64,000 nucleotides of DNA from an uncultured Candidatus Rokubacteria bacterium (GTDB lineage: Bacteria; Methylomirabilota; Methylomirabilia; Rokubacteriales; DASRDR01). The notes below the pieces were generated by a model. It saw only the letters and a list, made by a program, of their open reading frames with translations. It was not told the DNA's origin and did not search any database. Below, piece by piece: positions 46,068 through 55,514 of the stretch. The DNA lies in the NCBI GenBank assembly GCA_963805625.1, contig CAWDVE010000013.1, positions 1 through 64,000 of the forward strand, given 5' to 3'. Made by a program: the position numbers and the translations under genes. The stretch's first letter is position 1. Every line of letters starts with the position of its first letter.

Positions 46068-46559
46068 ATGAGCGAGATGGGCGCGGTGCGAGGCCACGCG
46101 GTCGTCGTCCAGCCCGGCGGCGGGCCGTCCTACTGGCAGCCCGTCCCGGCCAACGGGCACGCGGATCCGACACTCCATCCCGGGGCCACGCGCTTCGAAG
46201 GCCTGTCGATGGGCTACCAGACCATTGCGCCGGGCGGGCGGATCCGGGAGCACTCGCACGGCGACCAGGTCGAGCTCCAGATCTGCTTCCGCGGCCGGGG
46301 GCGCGTGGTCGTGGACGGGGTGAGCCATCCGCTCGCGCCCGGAACGGCCTGCTTCCTCGGCTACGACGTCCGGCACGAGATCCTGAACGAGAGCGACGAG
46401 GAGCTGGTCCTGCTCTGGGTCGTCTCGCCCCCGGGGCTCGAGCACTTCTTCGAGGCGATCGGACGGCCGCGCCGCGCCAGCGAGCCGACACCCGCGCCCT
46501 TCGCTCGCCCCGCCGACGTCGTCGCCATCGAGCGCTCCCTCGGCCTCAACGACACCTGA
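46068..46559 (+). CDS. Cupin domain protein
   Basis: HSH...E and HEILN cupin motifs. Confidence 0.88.
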   Translation: MSEMGAVRGHAVVVQPGGGPSYWQPVPANGHADPTLHPGATRFEGLSMGYQTIAPGGRIREHSHGDQVELQICFRGRGRVVVDGVSHPLAPGTACFLGYDVRHEILNESDEELVLLWVVSPPGLEHFFEAIGRPRRASEPTPAPFARPADVVAIERSLGLNDT

Positions 46560-46613
46560 ACGGGAACGGGCGAGGCGTTCCGGCACCTCCAGGCACCTCG
46601 AGCTGAGAGACCG

Positions 46614-47399
46614 ATGCTCCGCGTCTACGCACTCTGCGGCGGCTATCTCGATCTCGAGCTCGCGCTGATGGTGCCGGACCGCGAGCCCGGGACGCGCTGG
46701 ACGGTGCCCGTCCCCGCGTTCCTCGTCGTCCATCAGGCGGGACGGCTCCTCTTCGACACCGGCGTCCACTGCGCCGCGATCACGGATCCGGTGGGGCGGC
46801 TCGGCGAGAGTCGCGCCCGGCGATTCGGTGTCCGCTCCCAGCCCGGTGACGACGCGGTGAGCCAGCTCGCGCTCCTCGGTCTCCGGCCCGACGACGTCAC
46901 GTACGTCGCGAACTCCCATTTCCACTTCGATCACTGCGGCGGCAACGAGTTCTTCCCGTGGTCGACGTTCCTCGTCCAGCGGCGGGAGCTGGAGGCCGCG
47001 CGCGATCCTGCGGTCCTGGCCGAGAAGCGCTACGCTCCGAGCGCGCCCGATTTCGATCATCCGCTCGCGTACCAGCCGGTTGACGGCGAGCACGACGTGT
47101 TCGGCGACGGGACCGTCGTGCTCATCCCGACCCACGGCCATACCCCCGGCCACCAGTCCCTCCGGGTGCGCGCGGGCAAGGGAACGGATCTGGTGCTGGC
47201 CGCCGACGCCTGCTACACGCGGGAGAACATGGACCGGGACCTCCTGCCGGGAGTGCTCTGGGACCCGGACGAGGTGGCCCGCTCCCTGGCACGCCTGCGC
47301 GAGCTCCGCGACCGTAAGGGCGCCACGGTCATCTACGGCCACGACCCGGCTCAGTGGCAGGACCTGCCTCGCGCGCCGGCGCCGCTCGCAGTCGGCTGA
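46614..47399 (+). CDS. N-acyl homoserine lactonase-family metallo-beta-lactamase
   Basis: SHFHFDHCG, GHTPGHQS, ADACY, GHD. Confidence 0.88.
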   Translation: MLRVYALCGGYLDLELALMVPDREPGTRWTVPVPAFLVVHQAGRLLFDTGVHCAAITDPVGRLGESRARRFGVRSQPGDDAVSQLALLGLRPDDVTYVANSHFHFDHCGGNEFFPWSTFLVQRRELEAARDPAVLAEKRYAPSAPDFDHPLAYQPVDGEHDVFGDGTVVLIPTHGHTPGHQSLRVRAGKGTDLVLAADACYTRENMDRDLLPGVLWDPDEVARSLARLRELRDRKGATVIYGHDPAQWQDLPRAPAPLAVG

Positions 47400-47426
47400 C
47401 GTGACTGGGAATCGGTCGACGGAACG

Positions 47427-47813
47427 GTGATGCTCTTCCTCTGGTCCCTCGGGTTCGCGGTGGTAGGTCTGGTCGTCAGCCGCGTCGGCGCGAGGGCTCT
47501 AGCTCGCCGGGCTCCGACCCCAACGCCCCGTGTCCTGTGGGTCGCCGGACTGCCGGCGCTCCTGCTCGCCTGGCTCGTCCCGTTCGTGTCGCTCTTGAAC
47601 GCCTCGGGAACGGCCGAAGGGCCGCCGCGCAAGGCGTTCATGGTCGCCTCGGCGGCGGCGATCCTGGGCGTGCTGGGGAGCGACTGGCTGATCAACCGCG
47701 AGGAGAGGCAAGACTCGGCCTCACGGCCACTCGTGAGCTGGCTCCTCGGGGTCGCCGCCCTCGCGCCGGCGTGGCTAGTGGCCCTGTTCCTCGCCGCCCG
47801 CCTGGGCCACTGA
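47427..47813 (+). CDS. Hypothetical membrane protein
   Basis: Four hydrophobic segments. Confidence 0.7.
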   Translation: MMLFLWSLGFAVVGLVVSRVGARALARRAPTPTPRVLWVAGLPALLLAWLVPFVSLLNASGTAEGPPRKAFMVASAAAILGVLGSDWLINREERQDSASRPLVSWLLGVAALAPAWLVALFLAARLGH

Positions 47814-47832
47814 TCCGGCGGCGGCGGGACGG

Positions 47833-48861
47833 CTACCGCGTCACGGGCCGTGCGACGCCCGACGCGCAGCAATCTGGGGCGCAGACGTCGGTGCGCGGCC
47901 CGCGGGCCCCGAGGGCGCGCCGTTCACCGCCCGCCACGCGCTCCTCGACCAGCTCGCGGATCATCCGCACGAAGGCCGGGTGGGTCCGCGCCGTTCCGGC
48001 CCGCACGAAACCGAGGCCGAGCGCGGCCGCCCGCTCGCGCGCCTCGACATCGAGGTCGTAGACAACCTCCATGTGGTCGGACACGAAGCCAACGGGCGCC
48101 ACGACCACGTCCGCGACACGCTCGGCCTTGAGGGCGGCGAGGTGGTCGAGGATGTCCGGCTCGAGCCACGGCTGCTGAGGCGAGCCGCTCCGGCTCTGAT
48201 ACACGAGCGCCCAGGGCTCGTGCGGCACCGCCTCCGCCACCAGGGCGCACGTCTCCCGGAGCTGCGAGACGTAGTCGGAACCGGCCGCCATCGCCGCGGG
48301 GATGCTGTGCGCGGTGAAGGCGATCCGCGCCGCCGAGCGGCGAGCCGGCGGCAGCGTGGCGAGCGCCTCTCGCACACGGGCGGCGTTGGCCTCGACGAAC
48401 CCCGGATGGTCGTGGAAGACGCGCAGCTTGTCGACGATGGGCGCGCTCGGCCCCACCTCGGCCCGCGCGCGGGCGATGTCCTCGAGGTACTGGCGACACC
48501 CCGAATAGGAGCTGTACGCCGAGGTGACGAGCGCGAGCGCGCGCTTCACGCCGTCTCCCGCCATCGCCCGGAGCGCCTCGGCGAGGAACGGGTGCCAGTT
48601 CCGGTTGCCCCAGTAGAGCGGCAGGCGCAAGCCGTGGGCGCCGAGCTCCACCCGGAGCGCCTCGAGGAGCACCCGGTTCTGGGCATTGATCGGGCTCACG
48701 CCTTCGAAGCGCTCGTAGTGGTGGGCCACCTCGCGCTTGCGCTCCGGAGGCACGTTGCGACCCCGCAGCACGTGGTCGAGAAACGGCATGACGTCCGCCA
48801 TCCCCTCGGGCCCCCCGAAGGAGACGAGTAGAAAGGCGTCGTAGGGCACGGTGTCACTCAC
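47833..48861 (-). CDS. hemH: Ferrochelatase
   Basis: SFGGPE, FTAHSIP, YQSRSG...WLEPD, GFVSDHMEVVYDLD. Confidence 0.95.
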   Translation of the reverse strand: MSDTVPYDAFLLVSFGGPEGMADVMPFLDHVLRGRNVPPERKREVAHHYERFEGVSPINAQNRVLLEALRVELGAHGLRLPLYWGNRNWHPFLAEALRAMAGDGVKRALALVTSAYSSYSGCRQYLEDIARARAEVGPSAPIVDKLRVFHDHPGFVEANAARVREALATLPPARRSAARIAFTAHSIPAAMAAGSDYVSQLRETCALVAEAVPHEPWALVYQSRSGSPQQPWLEPDILDHLAALKAERVADVVVAPVGFVSDHMEVVYDLDVEARERAAALGLGFVRAGTARTHPAFVRMIRELVEERVAGGERRALGARGPRTDVCAPDCCASGVARPVTR

Positions 48862-49012
48862 GCGGCCATCCGGCCTCCGCTGCCGTTCATTGTGCGTGGG
48901 CCGCGTGCGGCCTCGGTCGAAGCGTAACATGGGGTCCGCGACGCGGGTAAACTAGCCCGGGCCGCATGAGACTCGCGTCACGGCACTCGATCCCTGAAAG
49001 GAGACCAGCTCG

Positions 49013-50005
49013 ATGACCGTCCCTGCCCGCCCCCTGGTCGTGATCGCCGGCAAGATCAATCCCGCCGGCGTGGCGCAGCTCGAGTCCGAGACCCGCGTGG
49101 TCATCACGCCGGACCAGGAGCCGAGGACCGTGATCGAGCTGGCGCTGGACGCCGAGGCCATCCTCTTCCGGGCGGGCCCCCGCTGCGACGACACGATCCT
49201 GGGGGCGTGCCCGCACGTGCGGGTGGTGGGGCGACACGGCGTGGGGCTCGACACGGTCGATCTGGAGTCGGCGACCCGGCACGGCGTGGCGGTGGTCCAC
49301 GCGCCGGGCTCCAACTCGCAGGCGGTGGCCGAGCACGCGCTCATGCTCATGCTCGCGTGCGTCAAGCGCACGGTGGAGATCGACCGGCTGACCCGCAAGG
49401 GCGACTGGCGCCCGCGCCACGAGGTGGGTAACACCGAGCTCGCCGGGAAGACCCTCGGCATCGTGGGGGTCGGCAACGTCGGCCGGCGGGTCGCCCGGTT
49501 CGCCGGCGCCATCGGGATGCGCGTCCTCGGCTACGACAAGTACGTCCCCGCCGAGGAGGTCCGCCGGCGCGGCGCCGAGCCCGTCGGGAGCCTGGAGGAG
49601 CTCTTGCCCCAGGTCAACGTGCTCACCTGCCACACGCCCCTGACCCCGGAGACGCGTCACATGATCGATGAGCGGGCGCTCGCCCGGCTGCGTCCCGGCG
49701 CGATCTTCATCAACACGTCGCGCGGTCCCGTCCACAGCGAGCGGGCGGTCTTCGAGGCCCTCGTCCAGAAGCGCCTCAGCGCCGCGGGCCTCGACGTGTT
49801 CGAGCAGGAGCCGAGCCCGATCGACAACCCGATCTTCAACCTCGACAACGTGGTGTGCTCGGGCCACGTCGCCGGGGTGACGCTCGAGGCGAACCGCGAG
49901 GCCTCCCTCCAGGTGACGGCGGAGATCCTGCGCGTGCTGCGCGGGGAGCGGCCTCGCGACCTCGCGAACCCCGAGGTCTGGCCCCGGCCCGCTCACCGGC
50001 GCTGA
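49013..50005 (+). CDS. D-isomer-specific 2-hydroxyacid dehydrogenase (SerA-like)
   Basis: GVGLD, GVGNVG, INTSRG, AGLDVFEQEP, HVAG. Confidence 0.92.
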   Translation: MTVPARPLVVIAGKINPAGVAQLESETRVVITPDQEPRTVIELALDAEAILFRAGPRCDDTILGACPHVRVVGRHGVGLDTVDLESATRHGVAVVHAPGSNSQAVAEHALMLMLACVKRTVEIDRLTRKGDWRPRHEVGNTELAGKTLGIVGVGNVGRRVARFAGAIGMRVLGYDKYVPAEEVRRRGAEPVGSLEELLPQVNVLTCHTPLTPETRHMIDERALARLRPGAIFINTSRGPVHSERAVFEALVQKRLSAAGLDVFEQEPSPIDNPIFNLDNVVCSGHVAGVTLEANREASLQVTAEILRVLRGERPRDLANPEVWPRPAHRR

Positions 50006-50013
50006 CCCGCCGG

Positions 50014-51180
50014 ATGGAGATCCGACCCTTCGCCGTCGACGTCCCGCAGGCGACGCTCGACGACCTGCGGGCCCGTCTCGGCCGCACGCGCTGGCCCGAC
50101 GAGGTCGAGGACGCCCGCTGGGACTACGGCGCGAGCCTCGCCTATCTCCGGGCGGCCGTGGAGTACTGGGGCACGCGCTTCGACTGGCGGGCGCAGGAGC
50201 GCGTGATGAACGCGCTCCCGCACTTCCGCGCGGACGTCGACGGCCATGGCATCCACTTCATCCATGTGCGTGGGGCGCGCGGCCGCGGTCCCGCCCCGCT
50301 GCCGCTCATCATCACGCACGGCTGGCCGAGCTCGTTCGTCGAGATGCTCCCTCTGATCCCGCTCCTGGCCGATCCGGCGGCCCACGGCGGCGACCTGGCG
50401 GACGCCTTCGACGTGGTGGTCCCCTCGGTGCCCGGCTTCGGGTTCTCTGACCGGCCCACGAAGCGCGGCATGACCCGGAGCCGCGTGGCCGCCCTCTGGG
50501 CGCGGCTGATGGAGGGTCTCGGCTACGCGCGCTTCGCCGCCCACGGCAACGACATCGGGGCGGTCATCACGGGCTGGATGGCCGCCGACTTTCCGGACCG
50601 CCTGATCGCCATCCACACGATGATGCCGGGCTTCCCGCCTCCGGTCGTCGGTCCCGACGTCCAGCCGCCGAGCGACGCGGAGCGGGCCCACGCGGAGATC
50701 CAGGCGCGCTGGCAGCGGGAGGAGGGCGGCTACAACCTGATCCAGGAAACCCGGCCCCAGACCCTCGCCTACGGGCTCCATGACTCCCCGGCCGGACTGG
50801 CCGCCTGGATCCTCGAGAAGTGGCGGGCCTGGACCGATCCGGCGGGCGACGTGGAGCGGTACTTCTCCCGGGATCTCCTCCTCGCCAACGTCACGCTCTA
50901 CTGGGTGACGGGAACCATCAACGCCGCGAACCGCTCCTACTACGAGCGCGCTCGGGACCCGCGGCGCATCACCTCCCGCATCACGGTGCCGACCGGCGTG
51001 GCGCTGTCGACGGAAGCCGTCCAGCGGGTGCCTCGCGAGCGGGCCGAGCGAAGCTACGCCGACATCCGGCGATGGACCGAGTTCCCCCGCGGCGGCCACT
51101 TCTTCGCGGCGGAGGAGCCGCGCCTCCTGGCGGAGGAGCTCCGCGCCTTCTTCCGCCCGTTCCGCCTGACGGACCACTGA
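50014..51180 (+). CDS. Epoxide hydrolase (EHN-domain alpha/beta hydrolase)
   Basis: HGWP, GNDIG nucleophile, DSPAGLAAWILEK, GGHF. Confidence 0.92.
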   Translation: MEIRPFAVDVPQATLDDLRARLGRTRWPDEVEDARWDYGASLAYLRAAVEYWGTRFDWRAQERVMNALPHFRADVDGHGIHFIHVRGARGRGPAPLPLIITHGWPSSFVEMLPLIPLLADPAAHGGDLADAFDVVVPSVPGFGFSDRPTKRGMTRSRVAALWARLMEGLGYARFAAHGNDIGAVITGWMAADFPDRLIAIHTMMPGFPPPVVGPDVQPPSDAERAHAEIQARWQREEGGYNLIQETRPQTLAYGLHDSPAGLAAWILEKWRAWTDPAGDVERYFSRDLLLANVTLYWVTGTINAANRSYYERARDPRRITSRITVPTGVALSTEAVQRVPRERAERSYADIRRWTEFPRGGHFFAAEEPRLLAEELRAFFRPFRLTDH

Positions 51181-51199
51181 CCCGGCGGCGCGGCCGGGG

Positions 51200-52225
51200 C
51201 TAGACCTGGGCGGTCTTCTCTCCGGCGTCGAGCACGGACAGAAGCGCGGCAGCGCGCTCTCGCTTCCCCGCGTCCTTGTCTCGCTGGACTATGCGCAGGA
51301 GGGACGCCCGGGCGGCGCGGTCTCCCCGCTCGGCCATCTCGAACGCGATCACGTCGCGCCGCTCGTAGTACTGCGTGTCGAACTCGCCGATCGTGATCGG
51401 AAGGCGCCGCCAGTAGTACTGGAACTCGTCGGACTTCCAGCCGGCGTAGACCTGGTCCCAGGTGAACATGTTCGCGTAGGGGCGGAGGCTCAGGTCGGAG
51501 ACCGGCTCGCTCACCCGCTGGTAGCGGGCGTCCATCGACTGGCGAAGCCGGTCGGTCAGGTTCGGCAGGCCTTTGTGGACCGTGAGGCTGTGAAAGATCA
51601 GCACGTCGCCCGCGGAGAACGGGCTCGCGCGCCAGCGGCCGGCCAGCGGGTCGACGACCTCCAGGCCGCCCGAGCCGTTCGTCACGCGAAAGTCCCGGAC
51701 GCCGTCCCGGTGCGATCCGGCCGCCACCGTGAGGCTGCCCTGCTCGAGCGGGCAGTCCCCCAGCGGGATCCAGGTCGTGTACGTCGCGGGGGTGCCCTGG
51801 ATGTGCACGTAGTCCTGGTGGGCTGGCGTCGTCGACTCGGGCCGCTGAGGAAAGATGTTCCGCATGACGAACAGCGGATGAACAAGCACGGGCTCGCCGA
51901 GCAGCCGCTCGAAGAATCCCACGATCGCGGGGTGATGCTTGAGCGCGTGGAGCGCTTCCAGCACGTAGAGACGACGGAACACCTCCACGTACTTGGGCTC
52001 GGGATCGGTGCAGGCTGCCGCGCGATTGGCGACACCGTCGTCCACAGGGTATGCGGGATCGAGCCACCCGCTCGCCGCCGCCACCGCCCGACATTGACGG
52101 CGCACGTCGAGGACGGCCGGGCGCGGGAGGAGCCCCCGGACGAACAGGTATCCCTCGGCGACGAGCCGCTCGTTCAGGGCATCGGGATCCGCGGCCAGGT
52201 TCGTCGAGTCCAGGAAAGGCTGCAT
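51200..52225 (-). CDS. Phytanoyl-CoA dioxygenase-family Fe/2OG enzyme
   Basis: HQD, WIPL, GSH, GDVLIFHSLTVH, R...S. Confidence 0.88.
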   Translation of the reverse strand: MQPFLDSTNLAADPDALNERLVAEGYLFVRGLLPRPAVLDVRRQCRAVAAASGWLDPAYPVDDGVANRAAACTDPEPKYVEVFRRLYVLEALHALKHHPAIVGFFERLLGEPVLVHPLFVMRNIFPQRPESTTPAHQDYVHIQGTPATYTTWIPLGDCPLEQGSLTVAAGSHRDGVRDFRVTNGSGGLEVVDPLAGRWRASPFSAGDVLIFHSLTVHKGLPNLTDRLRQSMDARYQRVSEPVSDLSLRPYANMFTWDQVYAGWKSDEFQYYWRRLPITIGEFDTQYYERRDVIAFEMAERGDRAARASLLRIVQRDKDAGKRERAAALLSVLDAGEKTAQV

Positions 52226-52374
52226 CGCACGCCTCCATCCAGCGAATCGTCTCGCCGCCGCCACCAGCGCGTGCCGCTCCTCGCGGCTCTCGATGCGCGC
52301 CCGCGGTTGACAGCGTACGTCGTTCAGAATGTAATAGCGCGAATTCCAGGCGATGTCACCGACCATCCAGCCCC

Positions 52375-52554
52375 GTGACCACGCCGCCGGTCGGGATCAC
52401 GATGTTCATCGCCTGCCAGCTCGCGGGGATCACGGTCAACGAGTTCACCCGGGCGGTGTGGCGGCCGTTCCTGGCGCTCGTCCTGGCGGTGATCGTGTGC
52501 GCGCTCTGGCCGGGCCTGGTGCTGTTCCTGCCGAACCTCGTGATGGGGCGGTAG
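52375..52554 (+). pseudogene. C-terminal relic of a TRAP transporter large permease (DctM)
   Basis: TPPVGITMFIAC...PFL...PGLVLFLPNLV; no upstream portion. Confidence 0.75.
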
Positions 52555-52612
52555 GCGGAACCAGCCGCGCCGCTCCGCGCGACGTGTCGGGACCTCGCCG
52601 AAGGAGGCACTC

Positions 52613-53518
52613 ATGCCGGAATCCCCTCGAGTCGCCCAGGATCGGGTCGAGAGCTACTTCAAGGAGCTGAACAACTGGGGCCGCTGGGGTCACGACGACC
52701 AGCGGGGCACGCTCAACCTGATCACGCCCGCCCGGCGCGCCGACGCGCTCCGGCTGATCCGCACGGGCCGCACGGTGTCTCTGGCCCGCGACGTGGTGCC
52801 GCGCCCCGTGTACATGTACCACGTCACGTTCCCGACCAAGCGCGAGCGGGTCGACGCGGTGCTCGACCGCTTCGACATGGTCTACCACGGCTACTGGATC
52901 ACGCACGTGGACGCCCTTTGCCACGTCGGCTGGGACGGCGAGCTGTACAACGGCCGGCCGTTCGCCGCGAGCCTCTCCGTCGAGGGCGCGAGCTGGTGCC
53001 CGATCGACCCCATCGCCGTGGACGGGATCACGACGCGCGGCGTCCTGCTCGACGTCGCGGCCGGACGCGCGGAAGGGTTCGTGACGGTCGGCCGCCCGGT
53101 CACCCCGCGGGAGCTGGACGAGACGGCGGCGCACGCCGGTGTCCGGGTCCAGCCCGGTGACGCGGTGGTGATCCGGAGCGGCGACGAGGCATTCCGCCAG
53201 GCGCATCAGGACTGGGTGCCGCGGGTGTCACCCCACCCCGGCCTCCACGTCTCGTGCCTCGAGTGGCTCCGCCAGAAGGACGTCGCCGCCGTGGCGTGGG
53301 ACATGATGGACGAGCGTCCCAGCGGCTATCCCGGATTCGGGATGGGCGCCCACCTGGCGATCCCGTTCCTGGGCCTCGTCCTCGTGGACAACGTCAGCCC
53401 GGAAGCCCTGGCCCAGGCCTGCCGCGAGGAGAGCCGCTACGAGTTCTTCTTCACCGCGACGCCGCTCCGGCTCCGCGGCGCCACGGGCGCTCCCGCCCAC
53501 CCGATCGCGATCTTCTGA
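52613..53518 (+). CDS. Cyclase-family (kynurenine formamidase-like) hydrolase
   Basis: NNWGRWG..DQRGTLN, HG..THVDALCH, RGVLLD, PLRLRGATGAP. Confidence 0.9.
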   Translation: MPESPRVAQDRVESYFKELNNWGRWGHDDQRGTLNLITPARRADALRLIRTGRTVSLARDVVPRPVYMYHVTFPTKRERVDAVLDRFDMVYHGYWITHVDALCHVGWDGELYNGRPFAASLSVEGASWCPIDPIAVDGITTRGVLLDVAAGRAEGFVTVGRPVTPRELDETAAHAGVRVQPGDAVVIRSGDEAFRQAHQDWVPRVSPHPGLHVSCLEWLRQKDVAAVAWDMMDERPSGYPGFGMGAHLAIPFLGLVLVDNVSPEALAQACREESRYEFFFTATPLRLRGATGAPAHPIAIF

Positions 53519-53594
53519 CCCACCCGGCCTCTCCCGGAGGAGCGCCCGCGAATGGCGTTTGTGCCGCCTCCGCACACCGCCTAACATCGGGTCC

Positions 53595-53837
53595 ATGCAC
53601 CTCGGTACCCTGCTCTCCAGGCATGCCCGCTCTCGCCCCGCCCATCTCGCGGTCGTGATCGGTCACGAGCGCCTGACGTTTCGGAAGCTCAACGTCCGGG
53701 TAAACCGCCTCGTCAACGCGCTGCTGGCCGCAGGACTCGGAAAGGGCGACAAGCTTGCCACGATCCTGCCGAACTGTCTCGACAGCTTGAGGTCTATCTC
53801 GCCGCCACGAAGATGGGCATCGTGGTGGTGCCGCTGA
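53595..53837 (+). pseudogene. 5' relic of an AMP-binding acyl-CoA synthetase
   Basis: RLTFRKLNVRVNRLVNALLAAGLGKGDKLATILPNC, then frameshift to KMGIVVVPL and loss of similarity. Confidence 0.8.
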
Positions 53838-54084
53838 AGCGGGTCCACAGGCCGAATCGCCCCGGTGTGCCGAGAGACCGCCGGCGCATTCTCATCGCCC
53901 CGGGCTCAATGCATCACCCGGCCGCCGTCCACGTTGACGAAGATGGGGGCTGATCTCGAACGCGGCCGCACGATCATCCATGATCGTCAGCGACTCTGCC
54001 TCGGAACCTCAATCTGGACACGCTGGCCCCAGCGTGTCATGAAGAGGGCTCTTCTTCATGGCGACGCCGCTCCGACCCCGCCGC

Positions 54085-55470
54085 TCAGTTCCGGGCGAGC
54101 TCGGCCTCCGCCTTGCGAACCGCTCCCGTCACGATGTCGGCCACGTGGTCGATCTCCGATTCCGAGATCACGAGGGGCGGTGACAGCGCGATGGTGTCGC
54201 TGATGGAGCGCACGATGAGGGCCCGCTCGAGGCAGTGGCGGCGCACGAGAGCGCTGCCGCGCCCGTCGGGGAACGGGGCCCGCGTCTTCCGGTCGGCGAC
54301 GATCTCCACACCCGTCAGGAGACCGAGCCCCCGCACCTCGCCGACGATCGGCGAGCTCTCGATGGGACGGAGCCGGTCGAGCAGGCGCCGGCCCATGCGC
54401 TGGGCGTGCTCGACGAGGTTCTCCTTCTCCAGGATCTCGATCGTCTGGAGGGCCGCCGCGCAGCAGCCGGGGTGCGCGTTGTAGGTGAAGCCCTGCCAGA
54501 ACGTGAACTCCTCTGGGCGGGTCGTCAGGACCTCGTAGATGCCGCCGCCGACGGCGACGCCGGAGAGCGGCATGTACCCGCTCGTCAGCCCTTTGCCGAT
54601 CGTCAGCATGTCGGGGACCACGCTCCAGTTGTCGACTCCGAACCAGCGCCCGGTCCGCCCGAACCCGCAGATGACCTCGTCGGCAACGAGCAGGACGTCG
54701 TGCGCGCGGCAGATCTCCCGGAGACTCGGGAGGTACGTGGGCGGCGGGACGATGATGCCCCCCGCCGCCTGGACCGGCTCCGCGATGACCATGGCCACCG
54801 TGTCCGGCCCCTCGCGCCGGATGAGGGCGTCCACCGCCTCGGCGCACGCCCCAGTGCAGCTCGGCTGCGTCCCGCACGCTTCGCAGCGATAGCGGTACGG
54901 CGCCGGGGCCTCGACGAAGCCCTCCATCAGCGGGCTGACGTGTTCGTGGTACTGGCGCAGGCGGGTCGCCGAGAGCGTGCCGTAGGTGGCGCCGTGGTAG
55001 GCGCGCGCGCGCGAGATGACCTTCACCTTGCGCCCATTGCCCCGCGCCTTGTGGTAGGAGCGGGCGAGCTTGATGGCCGTCTCGTTGGCCGCGGAACCGC
55101 TGTCGACGAAGAAGAAACGGTCGAGCCCGGGAGGCGTGATGCGGGCGAGTCGCGCGGCCAGCTCGATCCCGGCCGGATGAGCAAAGCCGAAGAACGACGT
55201 GCTGAACGCGAGCTGGCGCATCTGGCCCGTGATGGCGTCCACGATGTCCTGGCGCCCGTGCCCGCAGTTGACGTTCCACAGGGAGGCGAGACCGTCGATA
55301 AACGCCCGCCCCTTCGCGTCGTACAGGTAGATGCCCTCACCGCCGACGAAGATGCGCGGACCGTCCTTCGCGTGCTGCTGGAGGGGCGTCGCCGCGTGAA
55401 AAAAATGGGCGCGATCGAGCGCGGTGAGCCGGTCGATCTCCTCGTCGCTGAGCGTCAGGCGTGTCGTCAT
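54085..55470 (-). CDS. Class III PLP-dependent aminotransferase
   Basis: SGSAANE, AYHG, DEVICGFGRTG, GKGLTSGY; GGAGG RBS. Confidence 0.93.
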   Translation of the reverse strand: MTTRLTLSDEEIDRLTALDRAHFFHAATPLQQHAKDGPRIFVGGEGIYLYDAKGRAFIDGLASLWNVNCGHGRQDIVDAITGQMRQLAFSTSFFGFAHPAGIELAARLARITPPGLDRFFFVDSGSAANETAIKLARSYHKARGNGRKVKVISRARAYHGATYGTLSATRLRQYHEHVSPLMEGFVEAPAPYRYRCEACGTQPSCTGACAEAVDALIRREGPDTVAMVIAEPVQAAGGIIVPPPTYLPSLREICRAHDVLLVADEVICGFGRTGRWFGVDNWSVVPDMLTIGKGLTSGYMPLSGVAVGGGIYEVLTTRPEEFTFWQGFTYNAHPGCCAAALQTIEILEKENLVEHAQRMGRRLLDRLRPIESSPIVGEVRGLGLLTGVEIVADRKTRAPFPDGRGSALVRRHCLERALIVRSISDTIALSPPLVISESEIDHVADIVTGAVRKAEAELARN

Positions 55471-55514
55471 GTGGCCTCCTCGCGGCGGTACCATAGCACG
55501 TGGAGGTTCCATCG

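Noticed and set aside
44598-47342. 914-aa minus-strand ORF
   Set aside because: Antisense to four well-supported plus-strand genes
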